Positions 13,419 to 26,984 of a DNA stretch of 64,000 bases are shown here, piece by piece. This DNA is from Octopus sinensis (Eukaryota). Positions within the stretch are counted from its first letter, which is position 1. Every line of letters begins with the position of its first letter. Location of the stretch: positions 108,500,001-108,564,000 of the forward strand of contig NC_043001.1 in assembly GCF_006345805.1 (NCBI RefSeq). The letters run 5' to 3'. The notes under the pieces are model-generated. The model saw nothing but the letters and a program-made list of their open reading frames with translations. It searched no databases and was not told the DNA's origin. The position numbers and the translations under genes are program-made.

Positions 13419-15439
13419 AGACAATTCCTAATTATTGAGAACAAAACTAAGTAGAATGAGAACACCTTATCACAAAGCTGATATAGCTTTAAAAAAGAAT
13501 CTGAGGTCGTTCTATCTGGGAATTCAAAATAATCCTAGCTTCTTATAGTACCCAAAGGAGTTTTTAAAACAGCCATGAGCAACCTGTGGCACACAGGCGT
13601 TTCTGAATGGAATGCCGAACGAAAATTTACTTCCAGTTTTTATAATAGTACGATTTGTATGATGACAAACCATGTTTCATGCGACCCATTTCACGAAAAA
13701 AATTGCGTATGCCTATTCTAGAATGTTCAACCAGGCTATTAGGCAAGAATATTCCAGCTTGCTTAGTTTATATATCAACGAGGCGTTAAAACCTCTTATG
13801 GCGACAAAATTAATATTTCATCACTAGCGTTTTCTTTTATGGTAGTATGGCAGGCCGTGGTCCTGTGCTGGAAAGCCTGAATGTGATGGTTCTAAACTCA
13901 GAAGAAGCTGGCTACGGAGTAAATCAAGAAAATCAACTTGAGATGTTCTCAGAAGGGACCTAACTCTCTTAAGGGACATAACTCATTCGAAATATCCAAC
14001 TTGATAATTGAAAATTTCATAGATTTTTTCATCTTCCTAACCACATGGTTCCGGGTTCAATCTCACTGCATGGCACCTAGGGCAAGTGTCTTCTACTATA
14101 GCTTCGGACCGACCAAAGCCTTGTGAGTAGATTTGGTAGAGGGAAACTGAAAGAAGCCTGTCGTATGTAAATACATACATACATATATATATATATATAT
14201 GTTTGTGTGTCTGTATTAGTCACCCACCATCGCTTGACAACCGATGTTGGTGTGTTTATTTCCCCGTAACTTAGCGGTTCGGTAAAAGAGACCGATAGAA
14301 TAAGTACTAGGCTTACAAAGAATAAGTCTTGGGGTTGATTTGTTCGACTAAAGGCGGTGCTCCAGCATGGACACAGTCAAATGACTGAAACCAATAAAAG
14401 AATGAAAGAATGTGTGTGTATCTATCTGTCTGTCTGTGTGTCTATCGATCTATCTATCTATCTATCAGTCAGTCTCTCGCTCTCTCATATATATATATAT
14501 ATATATATTGTTTGTATTCCACCTGCCTTCGTTTTTTGTTTATTTTCATAAAGCTTCCCGTTATATATATATATATATACAAGATAAGAAAATGGAGAAA
14601 TACATCTAAATCAAATATCAATTACCAGATAATACTCAATCACATACTTTATTAAACCACCACATAAGAGACGGTAGGGTTAAACATAAAAAAGCAATAA
14701 AGTATGTGATTGAGTATTATCTGGTAATTGATATTTGATTTAGATGTATTTCTCCATTTTCTTATCTTGTATTAGTAATTTGTGGTAAATCATTTTACCT
14801 TTGCCCATATAATACAGTAAATGAATTGATTGCATCGCAATCCTTAACATTTATGTATTAACTTTGTTGGGTACTTCACTAGCAGTATATTGGATATATG
14901 TTATCCCATGGAGGGTTGCATGTACAACTCCTATCTCAAATTGTATATATATATATATATATTTAAACTTTCAATGGCAGTACTGTAGCCTAGCGTTGTT
15001 GCACTGAGAAAAAAACCCAACAAAAGAATAGGTGTGACTTTATAAGCGCCTGTGTGGTTTTGTAGTTAAGAAGCTTGCTTCCCAACCATATTGTCTTGGG
15101 TTCAGTCTCACTGTATGGCACCTTAGACGAGTGATTCCTACACTAGCCCTGGGGTGATCAAAGCCTTGCGAGTGGATATGATAGACGGAAACTGAAAGGA
15201 GCCTCTCTTTACGACTGTAGAAGTGCTGATTGTGAAAACTAAAGGGGAAGGGAAATAACTCATGGAACTGTCTAGTACTTTTTTTTCCTCATTTAATTTT
15301 ATTTTAAGATTTTAAACTACCCTTAAAGAGAGCTTCAACAATACACACACACACAAACATATATATATACACATATCCATCCATACATATATATATATAT
15401 ATATATATACACACAGTTGAAACACTCCTGTCACAACCT

Positions 15440-15483
15440 GGGACCTTGAAGACTGCTTAAATGCAAGAAAGTATACTAGTCCC
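15440..15483 (+). ncRNA. Minimal hammerhead-like motif in a (TA)n-flanked pLTR-like remnant
   Basis: GGGAC-CTTGAAGA-CTGCTTAAATGCAA-GAAA-GTATAC-TA-GTCCC: perfect 5-bp stem I, palindromic stem III, one extra pyrimidine in the core and a C-A mismatch at the base of stem II. Confidence 0.6.
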
Positions 15484-15708
15484 TTAATATTTGATATTCG
15501 ATATTTCATCTATTCAATAAGACAATCAATACTTCATTTCATTTTACACTATATATACTATTTATACTATATATTTTATATTCTACATTAATATTATAAA
15601 GAATATAAATAAAACATAAAAAACAGACAGAGTTGGAATTCCTTTGAATAATATATATCCCTCTATACACAATCATACAAACCCCTTTATATATATATAT
15701 ATATATAC

Positions 15709-16030
15709 GTGAGGGCGCGTGGCTTAGTGGTTAGGGCATTCGGCTCATGATCGTAAGGTTGTGAGTTCGATTCCCGGCGACGCGTTGTGTCCTTGAGCAA
15801 GACACTTTATTTCACGTTGCTCCAGTCCACTCAGCTGGCAAAAATGAGTTGTACTTGTATTTCAAAGGGTCAGCCTTGTCACTCTCTGTGTCACGCTGAT
15901 TATCCCCGAGAACTACGTTAAGGGTACACGTGTCTGTGGAATGCTCAGCCATTTGCACGTTAATTTCACGAGCAAGCTGTTCCGTTGATCGTATCAGCTG
16001 GGACCCTCGTCGTCGTAACCGGCGGAGTCT
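15709..16030 (+). mobile_element. tRNA-derived SINE family B with CORE/V-like central domain; copies at 20682-20935(+), 32900-33133(-), 53703-54028(-), 56970-57270(+)
   Basis: GGCTTAGTGGTTAGG A-box and GAGTTCGATTCCC B-box, then GTGTCCTTGAGCAAGACACTTTATTTCAC, shared among copies. Confidence 0.82.
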
Positions 16031-16744
16031 TTAAATATATATACATATATACGATTGGCTTCTTTCAGTTTCCATCTACCAAATCCACTCACAAGGTTTT
16101 GGTCGGCCCGAGGCTATAGTAGAAGACACTTGCCCAAATTGCCACGCAGTGGGACTGAACCCGGAACCATGTGGCTAGGAAGCAAGCTACTTACCACACA
16201 GCCACTCCTGTATTGACTCAAGTATTTGAGCGGTACTTTATTCTATCGACCCTGAAAAGATGAAAGAGAAGACAAAAATAGATTTTGCACTCATATGTTC
16301 CTTCTTTCTTCGGCATGGCCTTGGACAAGATTAAAAAGTTTAAAAACTATTTTCTAATTTTATAACATGTGACAGTTTCTCTGCCCACTTTTTAATCCAT
16401 ACATCACCTTATCCCATGAGAAATACTAGTTCAGCCCTAGCTTAATTCTGACTTGACCGACATGTGATCAAAGATATTTAAGCCATGACTACCTTGTCTT
16501 TGCTTTAGGTATTATGTGTCTATGATTACATTCTTCTAGATACACAATGTCTTCTGTCACTTTTTAAGTTGGCATTATAAATATACCAACTTATACCAAC
16601 ATAGGCGTAGGAGTAGTTGTGTGGTAAGTAGCTTGCTTACCAACCACATGGTTCCAGGTTCAGTCCCAGTGCGTGTCACCTTGGGCAAGTGTCTTCTACT
16701 ATAGCCTTGTGAGTGGATTTGGTAGATGGAACTGAAAGACGCCC

Positions 16745-16794
<50 letters not shown>

Positions 16795-16906
16795 TCTTCA
16801 GTTTTTGTTATATGCTAGACCACTGGTGTGAAATGGATGTTAATTAAATTAATATCTAATTTCTCACCCTCATTTTAAATTTATATATATAGATATGTAT
16901 GTATGA

Positions 16907-16950
<44 letters not shown>

Positions 16951-17739
16951 CTGTGTTTGTCCTCCCCATCATCACTTGACAACCGATGCTGGTATGTTTA
17001 AGTCCACGTAACTTAGCAGTTCGGCAAAAGAGACCGATATAATAAGTACTAGGCTTACAAAGAATAAGTCCTGGGGTTGATTTGCACGACTAAAGGCGGT
17101 GCTCCAGCATGGCCGCAGTCAAATGGCTGAAACAAGTAAAAGAGTATACCAGCTGACACTGTGCCATGTGTGGTGTCTCTCTGTTCGTCGGAAAGCACGG
17201 AAGTTCGTCTGCGATGCTCGACTGGAATGGTTGAAACCGAACACAGGAGACTGCATGGAGAGAGGAGGAGATGCCTCTTTATATATAAATATAGATGGTA
17301 AATCAAATTAATACACTTGTCAATGTTATCAAGTGGTTGTCTTTTGAGATGGGACATCGAACATCATCGTTTGTTACTGAAAGAACACAGGCTCACACAT
17401 ACATCCACATACTTCTCTTGTATACACACACACAGAGTTGAAAAGCTGTTTGATTTTTCTTTCCAGCGTTGAATGTTCACCATCCCACTTCCAATACACA
17501 TACACACACACACAAACACACACATATAAACACACACACACAAACACACACATTCACATACCTCCCTTTCACATACACTCACATTTACTCACACAGTGTC
17601 GAAATGCTCCCACTACCACTTTGCCATCCCCCCTTCCTTCCTTTCTTCCTTATTCATCTATCACCCCTTTCTTTCTCATTGATATGTTGTCACGGAGAAA
17701 AACACAATTGTATTACTATAGTGGAAGACACTCAACTTG

Positions 17740-18140
17740 ATTACAGCGTCAGTCCAAGACATTCATCCCCCTCAGCCTCCAATACATTGTTTCTCATGGG
17801 AACAAACCGTGGCTGACAAGACTGATACAAAATTGGCAGATCCCGTGGCACTGAAGGTGACCCCAAACAACAGCCACGGTGGGTTTTTGACGGCATCTCC
17901 TCCTCTCTCCATGCAGTCTCCTGTGCTCGGTTTCAACCATTCCAGTCCAGCATCACAGACGAACTTCCATGCTTTCCGACGAACAGAGAGACACCACATA
18001 AAATGGGAGACTGCTTGAGATTGTCATGAAAATGAAGTTTTGGATGTCCATGAGGCCTGCTTCCAGTCTCGATCTTGTTGAAAAGGACCATTTTTGGAAG
18101 CCAGTTACCTGGCATCCAAATTACATGGCCAACACAGAGG
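17740..18140 (-). mobile_element. Old RTE-like LINE fragment
   Basis: Minus ORF 17933..18115 LPKMVLFNKIETGSRPHGHPKLHFHDNLK resembles the RTE LPKxxLYGEL..GxR..GRPKLRFKD motif. Confidence 0.55.
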
Positions 18141-20112
18141 AGAAATTATATACTCTTCAACTCTCTACTTATTTCAGTTATTTTGACTGTGGTCATGCTG
18201 GAGCACTGCCTCTAGTCAAACAAATTGACACTGGGATTTATTCTTTGTAAGCCTGGTACTTATTCTATCGGTCTCTTTTGCTGAACCACTAAATTATGGG
18301 GATGTAAACACACCAGCATTGGTTGTCAAGTGATGGTGTGTGAACAAACACAGACACACAAATACACACACAGATATATATATATATATCAAAATCAAAT
18401 GGAAATTGTAGTTGTGATCCCTGAGACGATGGCATGTAAAAAGCACCAACCGATCATGGCCATTGCTAACCTCCCCTGGCCCCTGTGCTGGTGGCATGTA
18501 AAAAGCACCCACTTCACTCTTGGAGTGGTTGGCATTAGGAAGGGCATCTAGCTGTAGAAACACTGCCAGATCAGACTGGAGCCTGGTGCAGCCTCCTGGC
18601 TTCCCAAACCCCAGTCAAACCATCCAACCCATGCCAGAATGGAAAACAGACGTTAAACGATGATGATGACGGCTTCTTTCAGTTTCTATCTACCAGATTC
18701 ACTCACAAGGATTTGGTCAGCTTCATAAACAGGAATTGAAGGTCAAAAATTTAAGATGACAGCAATAGAAATAATACGAAACAAAATGAATTAAAATTCC
18801 TTCTCCGGTAGGCATAAGGCTTAAAGTTTTATGAAGAGCAGCTAAGTCGATTACATCAACTCCACCATCAGAGGGGGATCCTTTGATATTGGTCTACAGA
18901 ATGGATGGGAAGCACTCCGTCGGTTACGACGATGAGGGTTCCGGTTGATCCGAATCAACGGAACAGCCTGCTTGTGAAATTAACGTGTAAGTGGCTGAGC
19001 ACTTCACAGACACGTGCACCCTTAACGTAGTTCTCAGGGATATTCAGTGTGACACAGAGAGTGACAAGGCCGGCCCCTTGAAATACAGGTACAACAGAAA
19101 CAGGAAGTAAGAGTGAGAGAAAGTTGTGGTGAAAGAGTACAGCAGGGATCACCACCATCCCCTGCCGGAGCCTCGTGGAGCTTTTAGGTGTTTTCGCTCA
19201 ATAAACACTCACAACGCCCGGTCTGGGAATCGAAACTGCGATCCTATGACCGCGAGTCCGCTGCCCTAACCTCTGAGCCATTGCGCCTCCTCTACAGAAT
19301 ATTGGTATGAGAAAACAATGTCATTCACCTTATTTTCAGCCTGGCCTCTTTATCTATTTCCCGAGGGAAGATTCTGTGGGTGAATGACATCATGTACCAA
19401 TACCGAAAGATTACACACCCCACCCCTTATTTTATTGACCCCAAGGGGATGAAAAGAAAGTTGACCTTTGTAGCATTTGTGCTCAGAACGTAAAGCTGGA
19501 AGAAATGCTGCTAAGCATTTTCTCCGGTGTGCTAACGAGTCTGCCAGCTCATGCCCTAATTAATGCTAGCATGGAAAGCGGACGCTAAATGATGATGATG
19601 AAGATGATATATATGATGGGCTTCTTTCAGTTTCTGTCTATCAAATCCACTCACAAGGCTTTGGTCAGCCCAAGGCTATAGTAGAAGACACTTACCCAAT
19701 CTAATGTTTATATCATATATATATATATATTTGTGGAGGTATGTATTTGTGTGTCTGTGTTTGTCCCTCTCCATTGCTTGACAACCGATGTTCGTGTGTT
19801 TACATCCCCGTAACTTAGTGGTTTGGCAAAAGAGACTGATAGAATAAGTGCTAGGCTTACAAAGAATGAGTCCATGGGTCGAATTGTTTCACTAAAAGGC
19901 GGTGCTCCAGCATGGCCAGATGTTGAAGGGCCGTATCTGGACCTTGTTTCATTCTCATCTCAAGTGTCAACATGGGAAAGGCTTCTCTCAGGTGGGGTTG
20001 ACAAAACAAAATTCGAAAAGTTTGAATCAATTTGTTGAATTGCTTCTTAGTCACACGGTTCCAGGGTCAGTCCCACTGCATAGCATATAAGACAAGTGTC
20101 TTCTGCCATAGC

Positions 20113-20621
20113 CCCGGGGTGTGAAATTTTTTTCCCACGAGAGTTCCGGGCCCCAGTTATGAACTCATTTGCATACAGCCAATCAGAGCTTAACTATCAA
20201 GCTAATTTATGAGCGCATAACAAGTGATGGGCGATGTTGTTTTTGTTCTCGTTTCAACCATAACTGCCTCTGCGTAGTTATTCGTGCTGTTGTTTACTTT
20301 GTAAAAACAGTAAGAGGAGAGGGATTCTAGTACATCATCCTCTACCCACATTTTCCCCATCCACATCTTTATCATATGAGGCCCTAACAAAATTCGATAA
20401 TAGGTATAGATGCAAACCTATCTAATTACGCGTCCCCTTCTAAAACCAGGCTTAACTTGGCGATCGGTCGACTTGCAACACTGTTCGTCGTCTTGAGTTT
20501 ACTTGGTTGAGTGTGTCTGTTAACCTTACAACAATGTCAAGGTGAGCCCTGATTGGCTGTATGCAAATGAGTTCATTACTGGGGTCCGGAACTCTCATGG
20601 GAAAAAAATTTCGCCCCCAGG
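20113..20621. mobile_element. MITE with ~75-bp TIRs inserted into a SINE
   Basis: GGGGTGTGAAATTTTTTTCCCACGAGAGTTCCGG...ATTTGCATACAGCCAATCAGAGCT is mirrored at ~20545-20620. SINE C sequence stops before the element and resumes after it. Confidence 0.78.
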
Positions 20622-21219
20622 CCTTCCAAAGTCTCACGATTGGATTTGTTAGACGGAAACTGAAAGAAACCAGTAGTACGTGTGAAGGCGCGTGGGTTAG
20701 TGGTTAGGGTATTAGGTTCACGATCAGAAGGTCAGGAGTTCGAATCTTAACGGAGCGGTATGTCCTTGAGTAAGACATTTTATTTCCCGTTGCTCCGGTC
20801 CACGCAATTTGCAAAACTTATTTGTACCTGTGGAATACTCAGCCACTTGCACGATAATTTAAAAAACAGGCTGTTTCGTTGACCGAATCAACTGGAACAC
20901 GCATCATCGTAACCGACGGAGTACCACTATGCAAGCGTTTATGCATGTATGTACGTGTGTGCATCTATCTATGTCTGTCCTCCCCCACACCACCACAACT
21001 TCCGGTGTTGGTTTGTTTAGTCTCCGTTACTAGCAATTCAGCAAAAGTAATCGATAAAATGAGTACCCAGCTTAAAAAAAAAAAAGTGCCGAGGTCCATT
21101 CATTCGACTAAAAAAAAAAATTTTTTTAATCCTTCAAGGCTATGCCCCAGCATGGCCACATTCCAATGACTGAAAGAAGTAAAACATAGAATATTCCAAC
21201 TCCGTGGACAAGCAATTCA

Positions 21220-21593
21220 GGACGAATCTCTCGTCCGTCGGCGAAAATGCAACAGGAATGCGAAGCCTTGGGCTCATGCGAGAAGACATTTTTAAATACC
21301 GAGTCATAACTCGCATTTCACCGGAAGTTTATTTCATGCCGTGAACTTCCGGATCAAAATCTCCCGCGAAAAGATTCCGAGGCTTTCACACTTTCCCTCA
21401 TTATATATATATATATGTATATGTATTTTAAAAAAATCAACAGCAAAAAACGAGATCGTATCTATTTGGAAGAATAAAAAGGAAAATATTTTTTTAAAAT
21501 GCACTTCTTATGTACGGGCAAAGATAGAACTTACGAAAGTGTTATTTTGATGTTGAGTTAAAATATTCAGACAACGAATTCTTTCAAGTAAGT
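21220..21593 (+). promoter_or_regulatory. Candidate USPL1 promoter and non-coding first exon
   Basis: Locally CpG-enriched unique sequence with ETS-type CCGGAAGT (21321-21328), inverted ACTTCCGG (21345-21352), E2F-like TCCCGCGAAA (21362-21371) and a consensus donor CAA|gtaagt at 21588. The first coding exon has an acceptor just before its ATG, so an upstream exon is required. Confidence 0.55.
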
Positions 21594-23456
21594 GTTTCTT
21601 TAAAATTTACTTTTACCAATTATAAATATTTAGGTAGGTATCAGATCTCCCACGTTAGATTTAATTATTCTTGCTTTTTTCGATTTCTAATTATGAATAA
21701 TAAGCAATGTTTTTTCTTATATTACAACAACGATCATATTCGCCTTGTTTATCAGGTGTTTTTTTTTTTGCAGGTAGCTGCATGTCGATTTGCGATGTTA
21801 ATTTAGAAGCAAAGCTTTTAATTAAGACAAACATCGAACATCGTCACCTTTATTGATAGATCGATTATTATGTTTATGCATTTTCTCAAAGATCAAACTT
21901 TAAAATTCCTCCTCCTCCTTGGCCTTTTTCTCCAATCAGATTTTATTCATTTATTTATTTCTTGTACTGAAGCACATGACTAAAGGTTTATTAGGAGGGA
22001 GAAATGAAATTAAATGACGTCCAAGCATTAGTGATGTAAGTACTTGTTTAACCTCAGGTCAACCTCTGAATGAGTCGGCATCTAATCAAAGACGTTCCAG
22101 ACGTGGTTATCCCATCTTTTATTTATTTATTTTAATTTTAAATATAACACAGCTATAATTTCTCTATACATTATTTTCTTTTCTTAAAAACTAAGGTGAT
22201 GAGGGGAAGATTTAGCTGCTATTTCGTGCAGACTGGCTTAGCTTGTCTTGAATATTTTTATGTCTTCTGGCATTTTGTTGTTGCTTTCATTGTGTTCATT
22301 TCCATGTCTATTTTCGTTAGCAACTTTTACGTAACGTTGATTTATTTTCATTCAATTCAAGGTGTTGGATTTTTAGTAGTAGAATAAATACTTGCCTCGT
22401 TCAGTCTGTCCCCAAGGGCATTAGTTGTGTAAGGGAAACGGCTTTAAACACAAAAACCAAAATTTGGTCGAAGACACACACCTCTGCCCTACCCTTCACT
22501 AATTGGTGCAAGGAAGGTTACAATCTAATCACTGACGGGATGCAACTGTCATACAAGTTAGGGACCACTGACCGATTAAACAACATTAATTATTTTAAAA
22601 CCAGACAGAAAGATAGAGATAGGTAGCTGTTCTTATCGCTTGAATCGACATCTGTCAATTTATTTGCAGAAGACAAAAAAAAATGTGAGTAACCTGGCAA
22701 GACACTCGACGCTTGCTAAATTTATAACGGGTCCTTGATTAAACTATTTACTCAGCAAATTATTATGGCAATTAGGGTATATCTTATGGTGCATACATTC
22801 CTATTTTTTATGAACATTTTCCGTAGGATGGATGGATGGATATATATATATCCATTCAGGACGCACGCACTAAATAATTTTATATATATATGTGTGTCAT
22901 GTTTCTTTTTTAGGTTTTTATAGGTAAAACTTTATGGAACGATGAGTGAATCTTGAAGCAGATAAAGCTATACAAAGTGCAAATGTCGGTTTAAAAAAAA
23001 AACGGCGATCTTTCGTTAATGGTACTCATATCGAATGAATGCCAAAAAAAAAAAAAACTTATTTATTTCTCTTTTAGGGTCTAAACAACTAATTTCGATA
23101 GTTTTGTCATTCAGATCTTGTTTAACCCCAGGTCATTTCTGATCAAAGACATGTCAGCTATGATCATTACGTATTTATAAATTTTTTGTAGTGAAACATA
23201 TCCAAGATTACATTACACATTGAATCCTTTGTTGTTGCTTAATTTCAGGTCAGCTCCTATTAAGCAGACCTTCATATACATATATATATAGGGAGGCCAT
23301 TCAGCCTGGATATATGAGAAATATATCGTGCTAAGGGTTTTGCGAGCCTATGTATCCAGACTTTACGGTCACCCCATAATATTGTCTAAGGCGATCAAGC
23401 CGTGATTATGCAATGTTTAAGTATAAAATATCCATCCATTATCTTATCTTGTACAC

Positions 23457-23508
<52 letters not shown>

Positions 23509-26500
23509 TTTTTTTAAAGGCCGTAGGTGATGGTTTGAAGAATATTTGGCTGCTATTTTTACCGGTCGAATAACCACGTAGGGACTTATTCGTTGTTTCG
23601 TTTTTTTAATTAACCTTTTTTTTCTAGCATTTTTGATGTTTTGATCAAAAGAAAAAGAAAAGAATCTTGGCGTATCTTCGTTTCCAGGGCTGAGTATACA
23701 CCTTCTAGGTATATACCATACCGTAAGGGAAAATGGTTTCCTTGAAAAAGAAATTATTGAAGACCGAAAGTAAAATAACGGTTGTTGATTGTTGGCTATC
23801 GATACATCCAGTGTGACGTTGTCGTTATTGAAGTTAGATCCATTAAATATTTTTAATGTAAGACCAAGTGTGTCAAATATTAAATAGAATAAATTTCGAA
23901 CGATTAGCAGCAATTACTCGAGGCCTTAATTGTATTTTATTTCGACCTGTTTCAAGGTACACCTCATTAGGTACCTGCATCATGCTGATGAATGTCTATA
24001 GAGGTGTACCAAAAGAGCTTGTGTCCAGAAAATGTCATTGCAGGTGTACACTTTTCACCGAAGGGAAATTTTTGCAAGTCATCCATTTTGTGTAGTCTTA
24101 GTTCCATGACAAAGCAAATACTAACCCTTTTAGTATTCAGGTTACTCGGTGAAATATAATCTTTATTTATTCACATTGTTTTGAATTAAGCGTGCATTAT
24201 CTTGTAATTTTGTGATTTCCATAATGAGACTGTTTATTTTCAAAATGACATTGTTGGGTAGGTGTGAGAGGTCAGACCTGGCTGGCTTGAACATAAAACA
24301 GGTCGACTATTGTGGCCTAATATTGTCAGTTTAAATGGTAAAAGGTTTAAAATAAATATCCCTTGAAAACTCTTTTTATCCAAACAAAAACACTTTCCCT
24401 TTTTGATCTGAAAAACACCTGCTTCTGACGAGGTAAATAACTGCATTTTTCTATGGGGCCCTAGAAATGAGAAAGTGCAAATAGCCCTTGTTGCTGTTTT
24501 GTGCCAGGTCAACTCCACAGTCTTGATCATCCAAAGACACCCCAGTCTTGACCATCCAAACGTTTTGTATATCTAGGACTACATTAGCTAATGTCCCTCT
24601 TTTAACGATGGTGGTGTATGGTTTGAGTGGGGGTGGCTTAGTGGTCACAGTGTTATACTCATGACTGTGGTTTCGTAAAAGCACCCATTACACTCTCAGA
24701 GTGGTTGACATTTGGAAGGGCATCCAGCCATAGAAAATCATGCCAAATCAGACTGGAGTCTGGTGCAGCCTTCCAGCATGCCAGCCCTGGTCAAACCATC
24801 CAACCCATGCCAGCATGGACAACGGACGTTAACTGATGATGATGGTGATGATTGTGCATTGTATTCTTGAGCAAAACATTTCCTTTCAACCCATGCTAGC
24901 ATGGAGAACGGACGTTAAACGATGATGATGATGATGATGATGTTGCTTCAGTCTACTCAGCCATAAAACAGGTCCCAGCAATAGTTGGAGAGTTAACCCT
25001 GCAATGTACCAGCATCCTGTTCAGGGCAAGTGTTGTTATCTCTGCCATTTGTCTACCTTGAAAGCTGGCTTACACTCTAGCCTTACAATTTGAGAAAATC
25101 TGGCTGCTCTAGGAGTGGTTGGCATTAGGAAGGGCATCCATCTGTAGAAACTTTGCCAGATCGGATTGAGCCTGGTGCAGCCTCCGGCTCACCAGTCCTC
25201 AGTCAAACCGTCCAACCCATGCCAGCATGGAAAGCGGACGTTAAATGATGATGATGATGATGTTTATTAGTAGGTCAAGTAAGCAAGCTGCTTTCCACAC
25301 AGTCAATCCTGCACCTACAAATACAGTAGAAAATATTTCTGCAAAGTGCCATGCAGTGGAACCAAGCCTGAGACCACATGGCTAGGAAGCAAGCCTCTCA
25401 ACAACACAGCTGTTCCAATACATATAATATATTAAAGTAAATAAAAATGGACCTGAAAGTGATATTGCATCTACAAGGCAGAGTGAGGGCATTTGTTGAG
25501 GAGGGCAGGAATTCTGGCTAATAGTTAATACAAAGTGGAGGGTCATCTTTATTGATGATGTAAACAACCTCTACTTCTGCTGGGATGACAAAATGCACCG
25601 AGTCTGTGGCTGTAAAGTGGTTTGCAATAGAAAGGATGTCCAGTTGTGGGAATTAGGCCGAACCCTTTCACCCTGCCCCTCCAAACAAACATGACATGCA
25701 CAGAATAACAAATATTGATGGTTGCCTCTGTTGTGTGTATCAGATGCAACAAATTTTAACAAATGGTGAGGCACTGTACTAGGTCACACCTGTCCTACCC
25801 AAACTTGTGAACATGTGGTTGCCTGTAGTTATCCCCTATCAGTTCCATTTTTTTTAGTTAACATCTGTTTTATGTGAATGTGGTCTGGATAGTTGTGTGT
25901 AATAAGATATCTCTAATTCATCTGAGATTCCTTATAAAGCACCAAGTGTGTGGATGATTTCCTACCATTGCGTATGTAATCAGAGAAAGAACAGGTTTTG
26001 CAAGACACTGCTTCAGTGTTGGGCCTCACGGAAGCAATGACCGGGACCTATGGCATTATGTCGTGCTTGAGAAAAGCAAAATCACAGTCATGGAAGATAC
26101 TGGTGTCACGCAAATTGGCTTCCATGCCGGTAGCATGTAAACACACCCTGATGTCATGCAAAAGGCACCTGTGCCGTTTGCATGTAAAAGTACCCATTAT
26201 ACTCTCAGAGTGGTTGGCGTCTGAGAAGAAGACCCATCAAGCCAAGCAGAAGAATCACAGCCATGGCCAATACTGGTGTCACGCAGATTGGCTCTCATGC
26301 TGGTGGCATGTAAACACACCCCGGGTGTCATGCAAATGGCACTTGTGCCGTTTGCCTGTAAAAGCACCAGTTACACTCTCAGAGTGGTTGGCATTAGGTA
26401 GGACATCCAGCTGTAGAAAACCATGCCAAATCAGACTGGTGCAGCCTTCCAGCATGCCAGCCCAGTCAAACTGTCCAACCTATGCCAGCATGGACAGCGG

Positions 26501-26882
26501 ACATTAAATGATGATGATGCTGGAGAAGCAAAGATGAAATATCCAGAGGTCTCCATTCTGTTGGTCTGCCTGTATCAGTAGACCAAGAAGGACACTTAAT
26601 GATCAACTTGTGGAAGGTACTAGATGCCAAGTGGAGGAATTGAGGATCTGAAGATTGCTATAGAAGGTCAGGATACTTGGTATGGTATGGAAGAAGTGCA
26701 TTGGTCTGGCCAAGTCACCCAACTCGATACACCGTTCATCTGCTTCTGCCCATTATCAGACATCAAATTTAACTTCTTTTTTTTCTTATTTTTCTCTCTG
26801 AAATCTTTCTTTGTACAGGACAAACATCCGTCAATTGTAAATAATGTAAACGTTTTCTTTTTCTCTTGTTTTTTCTTGCAGG

Positions 26883-26984
26883 ATGGTGCCTGTGCAGGAA
26901 CATGTATGTCCTGCATGCAAGATTAAGATGCAACTCTTTGCCATTAACTTTGAAGAAAGTATATATTTATGCCCTACCGAAGGG
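26883..26984 (+). CDS. USPL1: USPL1-like SUMO-specific isopeptidase, first coding exon (N-terminal Cys-rich motif)
   Basis: Acceptor ttttcttgcag ends at 26881, ATG at 26883, donor GGG|gtaaga at 26985 (phase 0). Encodes MVPVQEHVCPACKIKMQLFAINFEESIYLCPTEG, which continues as CFYPL in the next exon and resembles the USPL1 N-terminal CPAC...FxESIxLC...CxYPL motif. Not present in the ORF track. Confidence 0.85.

Noticed and set aside
15709-15785. tRNA gene-like sequences (also near 140-213, 19215-19290, 53955-54028, 56970-57040, 60250-60320)
   Set aside because: The A/B boxes run into shared SINE bodies, and no complete cloverleaf with terminator was seen; these are SINE heads.
1-21200. A divergent gene sharing the 21.3-kb promoter
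   Set aside because: No convincing coding exons were found by eye in 1-21 kb; small exons or a lncRNA cannot be excluded without RNA data.
23395-23913. 172-aa minus-strand ORF in the presumed first USPL1 intron
   Set aside because: Spans a (CT)n tract, has no recognisable motif and no consistent exon boundaries.
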